Shown here one piece after another: positions 39,320 through 50,591 of a stretch of DNA of 64,000 nucleotides. The first letter of the stretch is position 1, and each line of letters opens with the position of its first letter. The position numbers and the translations under genes are program-made. Under the pieces are notes generated by a model. That model made no database searches. It was not told the origin of the DNA and was given only the letters and a program-made list of their open reading frames with translations. This stretch comes from Setoptus koraiensis (taxonomy: Eukaryota; Animalia; Arthropoda). The stretch lies in contig CM106585.1 of NCBI GenBank assembly GCA_048013815.1, positions 2,914,001 through 2,978,000 of the forward strand. The letters run 5' to 3'.

Positions 39320-41086
39320 ATGCTGGACAACGCGTTTAGTGTTGGCCAATTTTGCCATGACATACACCACTGGTTCAATAATAAACGTCTGCACTTGTTG
39401 CAAGCAAAATACCTTACATATTTGGGCGATTACAGCCCTAACATAGAATTAGTTTTTACAATAGGCATCATTGTTACCAGTTGGCTAATAATCAATTATT
39501 ACTATAGAAAATACTCATTTTGGTCATCGCTTGGCGTCAGAACACCTAGACCTTGGCCCATTTTCGGTAACTCATTTGAGCTTATATGGCGCAACAGAGC
39601 AAATTTGGAGTTGGAGTGGCCAAAACTATACGGCAGAGTGTATGGCTTCTATCAGGGCACTAAACCGGTGCTGGCCGTAGCCGATCCCAATGTTGTCAAG
39701 ACTATATGTGTGAAAGATTTTCATGTATTCCCAAATAGACATTTTAATGATATTCATTTTATGAACCATCATCAGCAAAAGTTCCTGTCGTTGTTGCGCG
39801 ATCAACATTGGCGCCGTGTGAGGAACATTATTAGTCCAACTTTTTCAAGTGGCAAAATGAAGCGTATGTTCAAATTGTTAAATAGTTGCTGCGATGAATT
39901 AGTACAATTGGTGGACGAACGGGCCCAGACAGCAGATAATAATGTAATTGATTGCAAAGACACGCTAGGCTTGTATATAATGAATGGCATTACCACTTGT
40001 TTCTATGCCATTGAGCTTCATTTAAGCAAAGGCGAGGGCCTTCAGTCGGCCTCTAGTCGCAACTCGCTCATAGACAATGTACTTAGAATAGTCACACCCA
40101 ACATAATTAGAGTGTTGGCTATGAACACAATACCAGAAAGCCTGTTGAGACTGATTGGCTTTAAATTGACCCCAATGAAACCGTTCGATGACATGGCGGA
40201 GAAGTGTAGTGCGATTATTCATCAGCGTCGCAAGAATTGTGCTAAAGATGGCGCTAAGAATAAGTACGATGACTATTTGCAGATATTGTTGGACGCAAAA
40301 TTAAACGACCAATTCGATGTAGATGAAAACCATCATAAAGAGAGCCATCATGCGGGCACTAGCGAAGAGACAATGATTAAAGATCGCGAACAACAACATC
40401 TCAGCGCCTCTAATCAACAATTGCACGATACAGATGAATGCAAATTGACCGACGAAGAAATACTCGCCAATACAATGCTTTTTCTAACAGTGGGCTACGA
40501 TACAACAGTGTCTCTATTGTCGAATGCTACATACGCTCTAGCACACCATCCTAATATCCAGACAAAACTTTACAAGGAATTGTTAGATATACAGAGCAAA
40601 TCGCGTAGAAAGGGTCCCGTGCTTGATTATGACTCGCTCACTGCTGCCGTTTATCTTGATAGTGTCATTTGTGAGACGTTGCGCCTTCTCACGCCCGTTC
40701 TCTGGCAAGACCGAGAGACAGCTGAAGACTATCACCTGAAAGGCTATGATATTTTGATACCAAAGGGAACAGTGGTAAATATAAGCTATTACGCCATACA
40801 TCACGATTCCAAGTATTGGCCTCATCCAGAGCGCTTTATGCCTAAACGTTTCTTTCCCGAGAATCGCCACAAGATTGCTCCCTGCGCCTATACACCATTT
40901 GGACACGGGCCTCGCCATTGCATAGGCATGAGGTTCAGTCTAACCATGGCCAAACTGGCTCTAGCTAGACTCATACTGAAATTCCATTTGAAACCAAGTC
41001 CAGGTACAACATTTCCACCTACTTCCAAGTTTTCGCTCTTCATCAACCACTACGATAACATGAAGATAATAGCACAACCTAGATAA
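39320..41086 (+). CDS. Cytochrome P450, CYP3 clan, intronless, 588 aa
   Basis: N-terminal anchor, PRPWPIFGN, WRRVRNIISPTFSSGKMK, I-helix VGYDTT, ETLR, PERF and heme motif FGHGPRHCIG. Confidence 0.95.
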   Translation: MLDNAFSVGQFCHDIHHWFNNKRLHLLQAKYLTYLGDYSPNIELVFTIGIIVTSWLIINYYYRKYSFWSSLGVRTPRPWPIFGNSFELIWRNRANLELEWPKLYGRVYGFYQGTKPVLAVADPNVVKTICVKDFHVFPNRHFNDIHFMNHHQQKFLSLLRDQHWRRVRNIISPTFSSGKMKRMFKLLNSCCDELVQLVDERAQTADNNVIDCKDTLGLYIMNGITTCFYAIELHLSKGEGLQSASSRNSLIDNVLRIVTPNIIRVLAMNTIPESLLRLIGFKLTPMKPFDDMAEKCSAIIHQRRKNCAKDGAKNKYDDYLQILLDAKLNDQFDVDENHHKESHHAGTSEETMIKDREQQHLSASNQQLHDTDECKLTDEEILANTMLFLTVGYDTTVSLLSNATYALAHHPNIQTKLYKELLDIQSKSRRKGPVLDYDSLTAAVYLDSVICETLRLLTPVLWQDRETAEDYHLKGYDILIPKGTVVNISYYAIHHDSKYWPHPERFMPKRFFPENRHKIAPCAYTPFGHGPRHCIGMRFSLTMAKLALARLILKFHLKPSPGTTFPPTSKFSLFINHYDNMKIIAQPR

Positions 41087-41270
41087 ATACATAGTGAGGA
41101 TTAAATAGTAACAATACAATAGACCAAAGCATTTGATTCGATGTTGGACTGAAAACGACGTTTAGTCGCAATCACTAATTATCAATAAAATATAATTAAT
41201 GAACGTAAATGAAGCACGCCCCAATCATTCTTACACTTTATCTTCATTGGAGTGCTGAGAGTGGAGAGTA

Positions 41271-41410
41271 GTCTTGTCGCCATTCGTTACTTAGTTATGT
41301 CTTGTTGCCATTCGTTACTTAGTGATGTCTTGTCGCCATTCGTTACTTAGTGATGTCTTGTCGCCATTCGTTACTTAGTGATGTCTTGTCGTCATTCGTC
41401 ACTTAATGAT
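41271..41410. repeat. Tandem repeat, 28 bp x5 (GTCTTGTCGCCATTCGTTACTTAGTGAT)
   Basis: Five near-identical units between the convergent CYP and WDR11 3' ends. Confidence 0.9.
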
Positions 41411-41916
41411 GTCATTGCTTTCCTATCTTTATCATCTGGTGACTACGTCAGAACCACACTAGTCGCACGTTTCTCCTATGAACTATCGAGCATTCGTCGA
41501 AATCATTGGTGAAGAACAATTAAATTAGGTATTATTTAATTTCGTTGGTTAATATAAATCAAATTGATTGTCGTAGCCAAATGATGTCCAATGCATGATC
41601 ACGCAGAGAGCCTCTCAAAGAGTTAACCGATTATATCGATCTGTTCAACTTGACTCGAGTTACGTTGTATCTACTCCAATTCCTAGGCTGTCTCTGAGTG
41701 AATGAGTTGGAGTTAGACAAAGAGGCAAAGGCAGAGAAGAAGATAGATACATAGAGACATATAGAAGGAACCAATTGGCTTTCGAGTAGATGTCTTGGTC
41801 TAAGTGCGAAAGTCATCGCATGATTCATCATATTTATAATAGTAATGATCAACAATTGAAGCATGCTACGTAAGATGATACATTTATATAAAGAATTGTA
41901 TTATTATATAATAAAT

Positions 41917-44900
41917 TCAAGATATACCATCCGTCATATGCATATTGGCATGCGATCTATCAGTGCTGATAGACTTATCCTGAATGTTGTGATTGTTACC
42001 AAATAGTTGTAGGAGTTGTCTATAGTCTTCCTGTAAAGCTGTCATGTTGAAGTCCTTCAGAGTGTAGTAGTATCTTTGCACCGCCTTATAAGCGACTTCC
42101 GAATTGAGTACATCTAATCTTAATCTCCTGTCGTCAATCGTGTTTGAAATGTCATCATATTGTGCACTACAAATACCACTAATATTACCACTAGGATCAT
42201 CATTACCACTATGATCATCATTACTACTGTATTTATTGATCTTATCTGGTTCTTTATCAGTATCAAGAATAATTTGGCAATGCTCCTGTCTGATTGGATC
42301 GTTATTATTGTCGTTGCTTGTACTTTTTGATCCATTTATCGCTTGTTCGATACAAATTCTGGTCAGTATTGCTGCTCTTTCTATGTCGCCTATACAAACC
42401 AATAAGTCAATAACTTTAACGAATTCACCTAATGACAATAGTGCCAATAACGCAACATTGATTTGGTTATTACTAATCAAGTAGTCACACCACTTTGCCA
42501 TGACCTCCTTACCGGACCAAGACAGTTGAGAAATGGTGTTGTTACCACTATTTTGGCCATTCTTGTCTAGTAATCTTAGTTTCGCTAGCCTCACCGCCTC
42601 GTACCACTGACTAACACTGATCAAATAATGGCATGCATCAGAGTTGCGATCAATCAAATTGAGCAGTCGACAACCTTCATGTAGATTTCCAGCGGCTATA
42701 AGATTAGTGGCGACCAACTTGATCATAGGAAAAGCTCCGTCACAATTAGAATTACTTATCCTCAGAGTTTCAGTTAAACAAGCTCGGAGAGAATTCAGTA
42801 AATATAGCTGGCATCCCCTCTCAGAATGAGGCTCTGTCTCTAGCAGAATGTTGGAAGCTTGTTTCTTTTGACCCAACGCTATTAGTAGTTCGTACAACTG
42901 CATATAGTGGCCATGCGTTGTTTTTCTTTGCGTTAGTATTGAGGCCCTGTCTCTTTGCAATTGGATGAATGAATCACAGTCTAAAAATATATCGAACATA
43001 GTATCTAGATTCTTTTCAAGTTGACTTATTGTTGCAGTACCGTGATTACGATTCAACATGAAAGCTACCATTTGCCAGAATGCGTAGGATTCGTGATCGG
43101 CTAATAATTTCGAAGTGCTCTTTGCATTGGTCAATAAATTATCGTGTTCTAGAACAATTCCATCATTGTTGCACGCTGTCTTGATATCGTCGGGATATGT
43201 GTCATTAGGACTATTTTTGCTTTCTTGTGATATGTTTTGATCATTAGGTTCTTCGGGAGATAACAAAGTTTTCACATCGCGTAATTTAGAATAACTAGAA
43301 TCGTTGATATTGTGATAATGCATTGTACGAAATACGTAGCGATCACCTGGGTGTAATAGATGATATTCAAACAGGCATTCATTTTTACTCATCATATCAC
43401 TAAGATGTAACTTTTTAAGAGGCGAAGAAAATTGTTTCAACTCCAAATCGGTAACAATTATCAGTCCATCCGACGTCAATATCACTGGTCTGTCACTACC
43501 TGCCCAATCTATGTCGCAAACTTTGAATAGATGGTCTCTAGGGGATTTGATGTTCGTCAAACGTCGCAGTAATCTGATATCCCAAATATCAACGCCATCA
43601 TCAAACAACAACAATATTTTCATATTACCTCTACCGGGGGCAAAACGAATCTTTCTGATCAGCCCTCTCATAGTTGCTTCTGTTCGCGATTCTCGATTCT
43701 TCAAGTCCCATATACTTATGTTACCATCTCCGTCACCCAAGACGACATGGTCGCTCTTCCAAGCAACTGCAGTGGCCGCACCGGTCATGGTGGTTTCCGG
43801 GGGTATGCGAGACATCTCTTTCACTACGCTACCAGCAATAGAAAAATGAAACAGCTCGCCCATTTTGTTGGTGACTACAAAGTTTTCTCTTATGGGGGCA
43901 GCTGGAACTGATCTCTTGTTGGTTGGAATGCCTTTAGAATCACTCGGATTGTTAACATTGGTTTTTTTGTCAGGATCGGTCAAGTTTGACTGTACTTCAG
44001 TAGGTTCGTCAATTCTCTTACTGTACAGAGGACTCCATTCGGCAGCCACTATTCCAGTAAATTTCTTGGAAACAAGTCGCAGTAATGATAAATTTTCCAA
44101 ATCCCATATTTCGAATGGTTCATCGCGGAACACTATAATGAAGTACTGCCTTAAGTGGGACACTCTTACTGATTGTATCATTGAAGACTCAGTGCTTCGT
44201 CCGGCCTTGAGTTGAACTGTTTTCCCAGTTTCAATATCCGTTATAGAGAGTTCCCATAATAACTCGCCAGTTTGTGGACTGACATCAGTATAGGCATAGG
44301 ATATGAATGCATTCAGGCAAACCCATTCGATCCCTCTTATAGGACAGGAGTGAATACCCAATTCCCTATACAAGTGACCTGAGCTCAGATTAAATATTTG
44401 AACTGTACCGCCTATGTTGCCTACAGCCAGTAATGGCTTGTGGAAACGCCAATTCCTGATTGTCGCCGGTGGTCCCATTCTTATGGCAGTAGGCTGAGAA
44501 TCTAGGAAGCTCAACATTTGAGTCATAAGGAATTGATATCGTCTTTTGTCGTGAACTTTGTCTTCATAATACTCATCAATTTTGATCAACTCATTTAGAA
44601 ATGGCAAAGTCTCAAACATCCTTCGCAGATGTACGGGCACGGTTCTTTGATTACTAGTGATACTCAGTTTGCCTCCATTCTTTGACGGTACTGGTGGGAT
44701 ATCATGATACCAATCAGAGCGACTGATCAAGCTCAGCTGATGTATTATTATCTTTCCGTTACTCATTAACAAGGCAACTCTTGTCTCGTCTACAGGTGAG
44801 ACCTTGAAACCACAGATTTTTCCTTGCCTGGTCTGTCTAAGTATTTCAGATTGGCATATTGAGTTGTAGCTGAACGACACTACTTTTGAGTCGGCTGAGC

Positions 44901-46272
44901 AATCAGAACCTTGATAAGTTCTATCTTCCAAATTGGTAGTACTAGTTAATTTGGCATAATTTTCATCTGACGATACATCTGGCATCGACTCTAATTCTAT
45001 TTTTCTCAACAATCGAGCTGCTATTGTTCCAGATTCATGAAGGGTAATAATTAAGTTGCGTTGTCTACATGGGTAGAAGCAACTAATATCTGCTATATTC
45101 CTTTCTACATTGATTATATATAATATTATTTCATATTCGAGGTCTATCACAACTAGTTCACGATTGACTAAGACTATGGCCTGGTTTCGGAAAGCTGGGT
45201 TGAATGAGCACTGTTGACTGAGAACAGTGGAAGATTGAAGGCCACATTCATCTAGAGTTTGTCCAATTACTCTTCTGTTCGACTTATTGACTTCATCTAG
45301 ATGACTGTGAGTGCTAGAATGGGAAACATTGAGGAAGAAACCCCCAACCTTGTCGAGGCTACGAATAGTTTTACGTGCCACACCTGAGTTAGATGTTGAA
45401 TCTTTTGCTGATAACGTACTTCGCCTCAAAGCGAAATCTCGACTTGTGCCATTGGGTGGTTTGTCGTATACCATATTTTCGACTAGATAAAAATTGTTTT
45501 CTGGATTGTTTTGATTTAAAGATTGTTGCTGCCTGAAGGGTTTTCTGGTCATCATGAGCCTAGTAGAATCAAAAGGATCGATTGCGAAGCTTTTAACCTC
45601 TAGTTCGCTGAAGTTTTTCAACCAAATAACATCGCCAACTTCAGTTTCGTACAATGCCATAACTGACGATGAATATAACACAAGTAGATAATTGTAATTA
45701 TTGGATGCGACAAAACTCGATGAGCTCGATTTTGGCCTATGAGAACAACTAATCCATTTCATGTCTACCACTGTCTTTGAGAGACATTCCTGTGGAGTGC
45801 TAATTTGTGCTAGAACTGCCGCATCTAGCATGTTCCATATGATAATTGTCCCGTAAACATCCGACGATGCCACTCGAATTAGACCACTTTCATCTAGATT
45901 ATCAATCGAATTTTTCAATTGGTCAGAGAAGGTGTTCGCTGTTTGTGCGTTGCCGGGATTGTTGTTGTTGTTTGAATTCAAATTGACACTCCTAGCTGGT
46001 GCCCAATCGTTAATTATTTCCGGCCAAGCAGTTCTGTTTACGGGCGACTTGTGTCTATGTAGGGTCTGTAATTGAAGCAAATGTTTACCATGAGCAAAGT
46101 GGCATATAACGACAATGTTTTGACAACCGAATGATAAGAAGCCCGTTGATGACCAATCCAAAGAATCGGCATTCATATTGGACAAACTACATGGTATGGT
46201 ACGGCACATTATATTGGACACAGCTGGAATTTGCTGTTGGCTATTTTTTTGTTGTTGAGTTGATTGTGTCAT
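41917..46272 (-). CDS. WDR11: WD repeat-containing protein 11, intronless, 1451 aa
   Basis: N-terminal NADSLDWSSTGFLSFGCQNIVV, KPLLAVGNIGGTVQIF, HSCPIRGIEW, VRVSHLRQYFIIVFRDEPFEIWD, IRFAPGRGNMKILLLF and MIKLVATNLIAAG all match WDR11 as recalled. Confidence 0.9.
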   Translation of the reverse strand: MTQSTQQQKNSQQQIPAVSNIMCRTIPCSLSNMNADSLDWSSTGFLSFGCQNIVVICHFAHGKHLLQLQTLHRHKSPVNRTAWPEIINDWAPARSVNLNSNNNNNPGNAQTANTFSDQLKNSIDNLDESGLIRVASSDVYGTIIIWNMLDAAVLAQISTPQECLSKTVVDMKWISCSHRPKSSSSSFVASNNYNYLLVLYSSSVMALYETEVGDVIWLKNFSELEVKSFAIDPFDSTRLMMTRKPFRQQQSLNQNNPENNFYLVENMVYDKPPNGTSRDFALRRSTLSAKDSTSNSGVARKTIRSLDKVGGFFLNVSHSSTHSHLDEVNKSNRRVIGQTLDECGLQSSTVLSQQCSFNPAFRNQAIVLVNRELVVIDLEYEIILYIINVERNIADISCFYPCRQRNLIITLHESGTIAARLLRKIELESMPDVSSDENYAKLTSTTNLEDRTYQGSDCSADSKVVSFSYNSICQSEILRQTRQGKICGFKVSPVDETRVALLMSNGKIIIHQLSLISRSDWYHDIPPVPSKNGGKLSITSNQRTVPVHLRRMFETLPFLNELIKIDEYYEDKVHDKRRYQFLMTQMLSFLDSQPTAIRMGPPATIRNWRFHKPLLAVGNIGGTVQIFNLSSGHLYRELGIHSCPIRGIEWVCLNAFISYAYTDVSPQTGELLWELSITDIETGKTVQLKAGRSTESSMIQSVRVSHLRQYFIIVFRDEPFEIWDLENLSLLRLVSKKFTGIVAAEWSPLYSKRIDEPTEVQSNLTDPDKKTNVNNPSDSKGIPTNKRSVPAAPIRENFVVTNKMGELFHFSIAGSVVKEMSRIPPETTMTGAATAVAWKSDHVVLGDGDGNISIWDLKNRESRTEATMRGLIRKIRFAPGRGNMKILLLFDDGVDIWDIRLLRRLTNIKSPRDHLFKVCDIDWAGSDRPVILTSDGLIIVTDLELKQFSSPLKKLHLSDMMSKNECLFEYHLLHPGDRYVFRTMHYHNINDSSYSKLRDVKTLLSPEEPNDQNISQESKNSPNDTYPDDIKTACNNDGIVLEHDNLLTNAKSTSKLLADHESYAFWQMVAFMLNRNHGTATISQLEKNLDTMFDIFLDCDSFIQLQRDRASILTQRKTTHGHYMQLYELLIALGQKKQASNILLETEPHSERGCQLYLLNSLRACLTETLRISNSNCDGAFPMIKLVATNLIAAGNLHEGCRLLNLIDRNSDACHYLISVSQWYEAVRLAKLRLLDKNGQNSGNNTISQLSWSGKEVMAKWCDYLISNNQINVALLALLSLGEFVKVIDLLVCIGDIERAAILTRICIEQAINGSKSTSNDNNNDPIRQEHCQIILDTDKEPDKINKYSSNDDHSGNDDPSGNISGICSAQYDDISNTIDDRRLRLDVLNSEVAYKAVQRYYYTLKDFNMTALQEDYRQLLQLFGNNHNIQDKSISTDRSHANMHMTDGIS

Positions 46273-46928
46273 TGTTTTTGTTTCTATTTAATTCTATCAA
46301 TATAGATATATATTATATCAATCTTTCCATCTATTTATCTGTATCTATCTATCTATTCTAAAACTACAATTGTACAGTGATTAATCTCTTCCAGGCTTGG
46401 TGTATTCGTCGAACCAATTCCTTATTTGTGTAGCCAGTTCTTTAGGTTCTGGTACTTGGGGTACATCATAATTTTGAGCTGCGTATAGGCCACAATATAA
46501 ACCTGTGCTAAATGTTAGCAAGAATCTGAACATGTCGGAAAATGTCTAAATGATTGTGTGTGAAGGTGGAGATAATGAGAGGATAATGATTTTACCAGGG
46601 TGTTCTGTATACAAATTGTTGACTATTTTCTACCGTGATATCAGAATCAATCAAGATCGTTGTGCAAGTCGTGCAAGTTTGTTCGCTTTGTTTCCCCCCA
46701 CCAAAGGCAATTCGCCGTGGCAAATACAAAAGGGGACGCAAAAATAGTTCACTCATGCTGATATTGATAAAATAGCGCGAATTTTGAGACAATATACATA
46801 AAATATTTTCTTTTTTATTTTCATGTAAGAAGAGGGCGAAATTGTGTTCACAAATTAATATAGCCAGAGTAACGATTTATTTTCTTAATCTTGATATCTA
46901 TCTAATATTTGACAGCCTTTTAGAAAAA

Positions 46929-48209
46929 TTACGCGTAGTAGTTCAAGTTGGCCTTCTTTTTAGCTTGTACCTCCAAAATGCCGTCCATAAAATCTTCGTG
47001 CGTTATCTGGGTTGCGCCACGACGTAGCGCTATCATACCTGCCTCAACACAAACCGCTTTACATTGAGCTCCATTGAAATCATCAGTACACCTTGCTAAT
47101 TCTTCAAAATTAACGTCCGGATCACAATTCATTTTTCTCGAATGAATTTGCATAATACGCGCCCTGGCGTCTTCTTTCGGGTGTGGAAATTCAATCTTTC
47201 TGTCAAGACGACCGGAACGTAATAAGGCAGGATCAAGTATGTCCACACGATTGGTTGCCGCGATCACCTTGATATCTAATGATGAACTAAAACCATCCAA
47301 TTGATTTAATAACTCCAACATAGTACGCTGTACCTCACGGTCTCCGGCCTTTTCGCTGTCGAATCTCTTTGTGCCTATGGCATCCAATTCATCAATGAAT
47401 ATAATAGCGGGCGCTTTCTCTTTTGCAAGAGCAAATGCATCACGAACTAATTTAGCACCGTCACCTATGAACATCTGCACAAGCTGTGGTCCGGCAAGTT
47501 TCAAGAATGTAGATTTCGTTTGCGCCGCACAAGCTCTTGCTAATAATGTCTTTCCAGTACCAGGTGGGCCATATAGTAATACTCCCTTTGGAGGCTGTAT
47601 ACCTAATGCAGTAAATTTATCTTTGTGAGTCATAGGTAGAACGACAGCTTCAATAAGCTCTTCGATTTGTTTGTCTAAACCACCAATGTCGTTATATTGT
47701 TCCTTTGGCCTTTCATCAACCTCCATAGCCTTGACACGAGAGTCATACTCAGCGGGTAGTGTCTCCAATATAAGATATGAGTCTTTGTTGACACCAACCA
47801 AGTCTCCTGGTTTTAGTTTTTCGGGGTCGACTAATCCAATTACGGGAAGAAAATAGGTTTGTCTTGTTGAAGTTTTTATGACAGCTGCTTTACCCGTTCT
47901 CTGTGAGTCCACGTCAATGTTAGCCCCATCCTCCTCGCCTAAATCTTGTGGATCGAGATCTAATAGTTCAATTACATTAGACACTAGATAAGGTAGCGTC
48001 TTGTTGACGCGAATCTTCTCAGTATTTTCTTTGATTTTGTCTTTTTGAGTTTGCAATTCATGATTAATACGGGTGCATTCACTCCTCATTATTTTTATTT
48101 CACTATCTAATAGTCTGGCACGTCCAATAATGTCATCTGGTGCCATTCTAGAGACATTTTCCAACTCAGCATCGAAGCCGGGCGGCGGTGTGGTATCCAT
48201 GGCTGTCAT
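46929..48209 (-). CDS. PSMC3: 26S proteasome AAA-ATPase Rpt5 (regulatory subunit 6A), intronless, 426 aa
   Basis: [29 protein letters not shown], Walker A GPPGTGKT, Walker [12 protein letters not shown] and C-terminal ANLNYYA (HbYX). Confidence 0.98.
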   Translation of the reverse strand: MTAMDTTPPPGFDAELENVSRMAPDDIIGRARLLDSEIKIMRSECTRINHELQTQKDKIKENTEKIRVNKTLPYLVSNVIELLDLDPQDLGEEDGANIDVDSQRTGKAAVIKTSTRQTYFLPVIGLVDPEKLKPGDLVGVNKDSYLILETLPAEYDSRVKAMEVDERPKEQYNDIGGLDKQIEELIEAVVLPMTHKDKFTALGIQPPKGVLLYGPPGTGKTLLARACAAQTKSTFLKLAGPQLVQMFIGDGAKLVRDAFALAKEKAPAIIFIDELDAIGTKRFDSEKAGDREVQRTMLELLNQLDGFSSSLDIKVIAATNRVDILDPALLRSGRLDRKIEFPHPKEDARARIMQIHSRKMNCDPDVNFEELARCTDDFNGAQCKAVCVEAGMIALRRGATQITHEDFMDGILEVQAKKKANLNYYA

Positions 48210-48578
48210 AGTGATCGATGTATTTATTAGTGGTATTACCGGTGATGTAGTGGAAGGTAAGCGTGATTTTGCTCGCGATTGAATATAATCAAATGATTAT
48301 AATAATGGTAGCAACTATAGTATATTTTTGTGAATGGTGTATTGCAAATTGATGAGAACGTTTGGGGGAAAATGGATGATCTTGTCGAGACGGCTAACAA
48401 CGTTACCCCACACTACATCAGCTGTCTTTCGAGTGAACTGTGAGCATGCGTTCAAAAGAATAGGCGCCTATTTTGAAATGCATTTTTTGTTTTTTGTGTT
48501 ATTGTTGGAATGCGCTCTGTGCCGTCCTGTGCACATCTATTGGACCAGCGCTGTAGGAGCACGCCTCCGCGAGTACCA

Positions 48579-48611
48579 ACTTTTTGGAACACCCTGTACT
48601 ATACAGGGTGT
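48579..48611. mobile_element. Back-to-back Tc1/mariner-like termini (remnant)
   Basis: ACTTTTTGGAACACCCTGTA is the reverse complement of TACAGGGTGTTCCAAAAAGT; it is followed by C-TA-TACAGGGTGT. TA-CAGGGTG is a common Tc1/mariner TIR start. No partner ends were found in the window. Confidence 0.5.
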
Positions 48612-48934
48612 CAGCAGCATATAAAATCGGCTCTGCCTATACTATATACTCACTTATGTTTTCAACTATCATACAATAAACATTGAAAACAAAACGGTCT
48701 ATTAGGTTAACAGCCAAAAGTTAAGCCAACGTAAAGCCGTTCGAACAACTGACAAATCGTTTCAACGAAAAATATAAAAACTTCAGAAAGACATCGAAGA
48801 AAGGATGACCGACCAGCAAGACCAACTGCAACAACTAGCAGACCTAGCTGCAGCGCAACCAAGAATGCAGAATCGAAACCAAGACGGTTTGAATGTAAAC
48901 AGTAACACGAATGTAACACCAACAAACAGAAACT

Positions 48935-49613
48935 GGGGCTTGTTCGGAAAGACGACACACCCCAATTCGGGTATTTCGGGTATTTTTGGGTAGGGTATGA
49001 TGCCCTGAGATCGGAAAAGGTATTCCGGAAGTGCGGAAATTCTTCGTTCCCGAGATACCCGAAGTACCGCAATGTGGGTATTTCAGGGTATTTGTGGGCA
49101 TATTTGGGGTACGGGCAGCCGTACCCTCCCGCATTCACATACGCTGTGGTACTGATGGTCTATTATTAAGGCTAGATTTTACCTAACAGCGCCAGGAGGG
49201 AAATAAAAGTAGTTTAACTTAATTGGCGTGACCAATGGATGCGATGCGGAGCGCAAATGCGGGCACTGGATCATCGACGGAATGCTGAGCACGCACTTCG
49301 GGGCTGTGCCCCTCAGGATGTACCACGATGTGCGGGTGGGCCTTTGGCCCACCCGCATAGGCCGGCCTACCGTCCACGCCCTCGGCCTTCGGCCGACAGC
49401 GGGACGATTGACGGCCTGCCTCGTGACGGCCCTACGGGCCGTCCCGCATCCCGGGAATGGATTGTTTCCCGTGGGCTGGGAGTCGAGTGGGCGGGGCCCG
49501 CGATCGGGCCGGGTTCTGTTCGGCCTTGCGTTCAAGTTGTAAGCCTTAATGTTCAATTACGCCAAACAGATTACTCTATTCACGTTGAATCTCGGACCGG
49601 AAGTGCTAGATAA
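48935..49613 (+). repeat. Left arm of 679-bp long inverted repeat
   Basis: Reverse complement of 59458-60136; about 20 substitutions and no indels counted by eye. Confidence 0.95.
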
Positions 49614-50480
49614 CAAGTAATACTGATCAAATCAGTATTTCGCTGATTTGTTCTACCCACGTGAATATCGTGATATCTGAACATGTTCTCACCTATCCGT
49701 TTTGAAGATACTCTGTGTATGTGTTGTGCATGTTGCTCGCAACATTCTGTGCAAGTATGATCAGCCATCAATAGGTCGTTTTCGAGACTCAGCTATGACG
49801 CTGTTCAGTCAAGTTATGTGCCTTTCACTGTGCTAATTGTGTGTGTCATAGCTGAGAAATTGTGCATCCTCAGCTATGACGCTGTTCAGTCAAGTTATGT
49901 GCCTTTGACTGTGCTAATTGTGTGTGTCATAGCTGAGAACTGTTCAATTCTCAGCTATGACGCTGTTCAGTCAAGTTATGTGCCTTTGACTGTGCTAATT
50001 GTGTGTGTCATCGCTGAGAATCGTCTTCGTCTAATAAGCATCTCAGTATTGAGCGTGCTAATCGCGTCTAGTTTGATCCACAATAGCATTTACAGTGCTA
50101 AGAAGCAGCAGTTATTCTGAGTAGCCTCTACTGTACTACAATCTTCTAGTTCTGACGCCTCTAGCTTCCAGTGCACTAAATCAGAGTTGTATACAGCTAG
50201 CCTTCTGCTGTGCTAAATTCATCTAGTTAGCATCTCAGCTTTGAGCGTGCTAATCGCGTCTAGTAAGTGAACGCGCATAGCATTCTATGTGCTAAATTTA
50301 ACTAATCAATATTGTAAGCTTTGAGTGTTCTAAATTTATCTAGTTTATTTCTCATAGTACAGCTTACACCGTGCTATTTTTTTCTAGTTAAAAAAAGCAC
50401 TGATTTGTTCTACCCACGTAAATAAACGTATCCATCCGACCCACATCAATAGCTACTTAATTAGAATTAACCGCTAAAAA
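49614..50480 (-). mobile_element. Helentron-like non-autonomous element (HINE) copy 1
   Basis: One end is CAAGTAATACTGAT-CAA-ATCAGTATT (hairpin); the other is CTTAATTAGAATTAACCGCT-A-run. It carries an internal 81-bp tandem array. The subterminal repeat is degenerate. Confidence 0.65.
49788..50030. repeat. 81-bp tandem repeat x3, each unit bracketed by 12-13-bp inverted repeats
   Basis: Units start at 49788, 49869 and 49950: CTCAGCTATGAC...GTCATAGCTGAG. Confidence 0.9.
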
Positions 50481-50591
50481 AAAGCTTGCGTCAAGCTCAA
50501 ATTTGAGAAAATCAAAATACGGTACCGATCGAAATGTCCGGCATTGCCTATGCGTGATGAAAAGTGAGCTCGAATGACCTTGAGAGAGTAG

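Noticed and set aside
48740-48934. Gln-rich coiled-coil frame (KLQKDIEERMTDQQDQLQQL), and a similar gag-like piece at about 56700-56990
   Set aside because: Plausibly gag relics, but there is no diagnostic motif, so not called.
49788-50030. CRISPR-like appearance of the 81-bp array with inverted repeats
   Set aside because: The intervening sequences are near-identical rather than unique spacers, there are no cas genes, and the context is eukaryotic.
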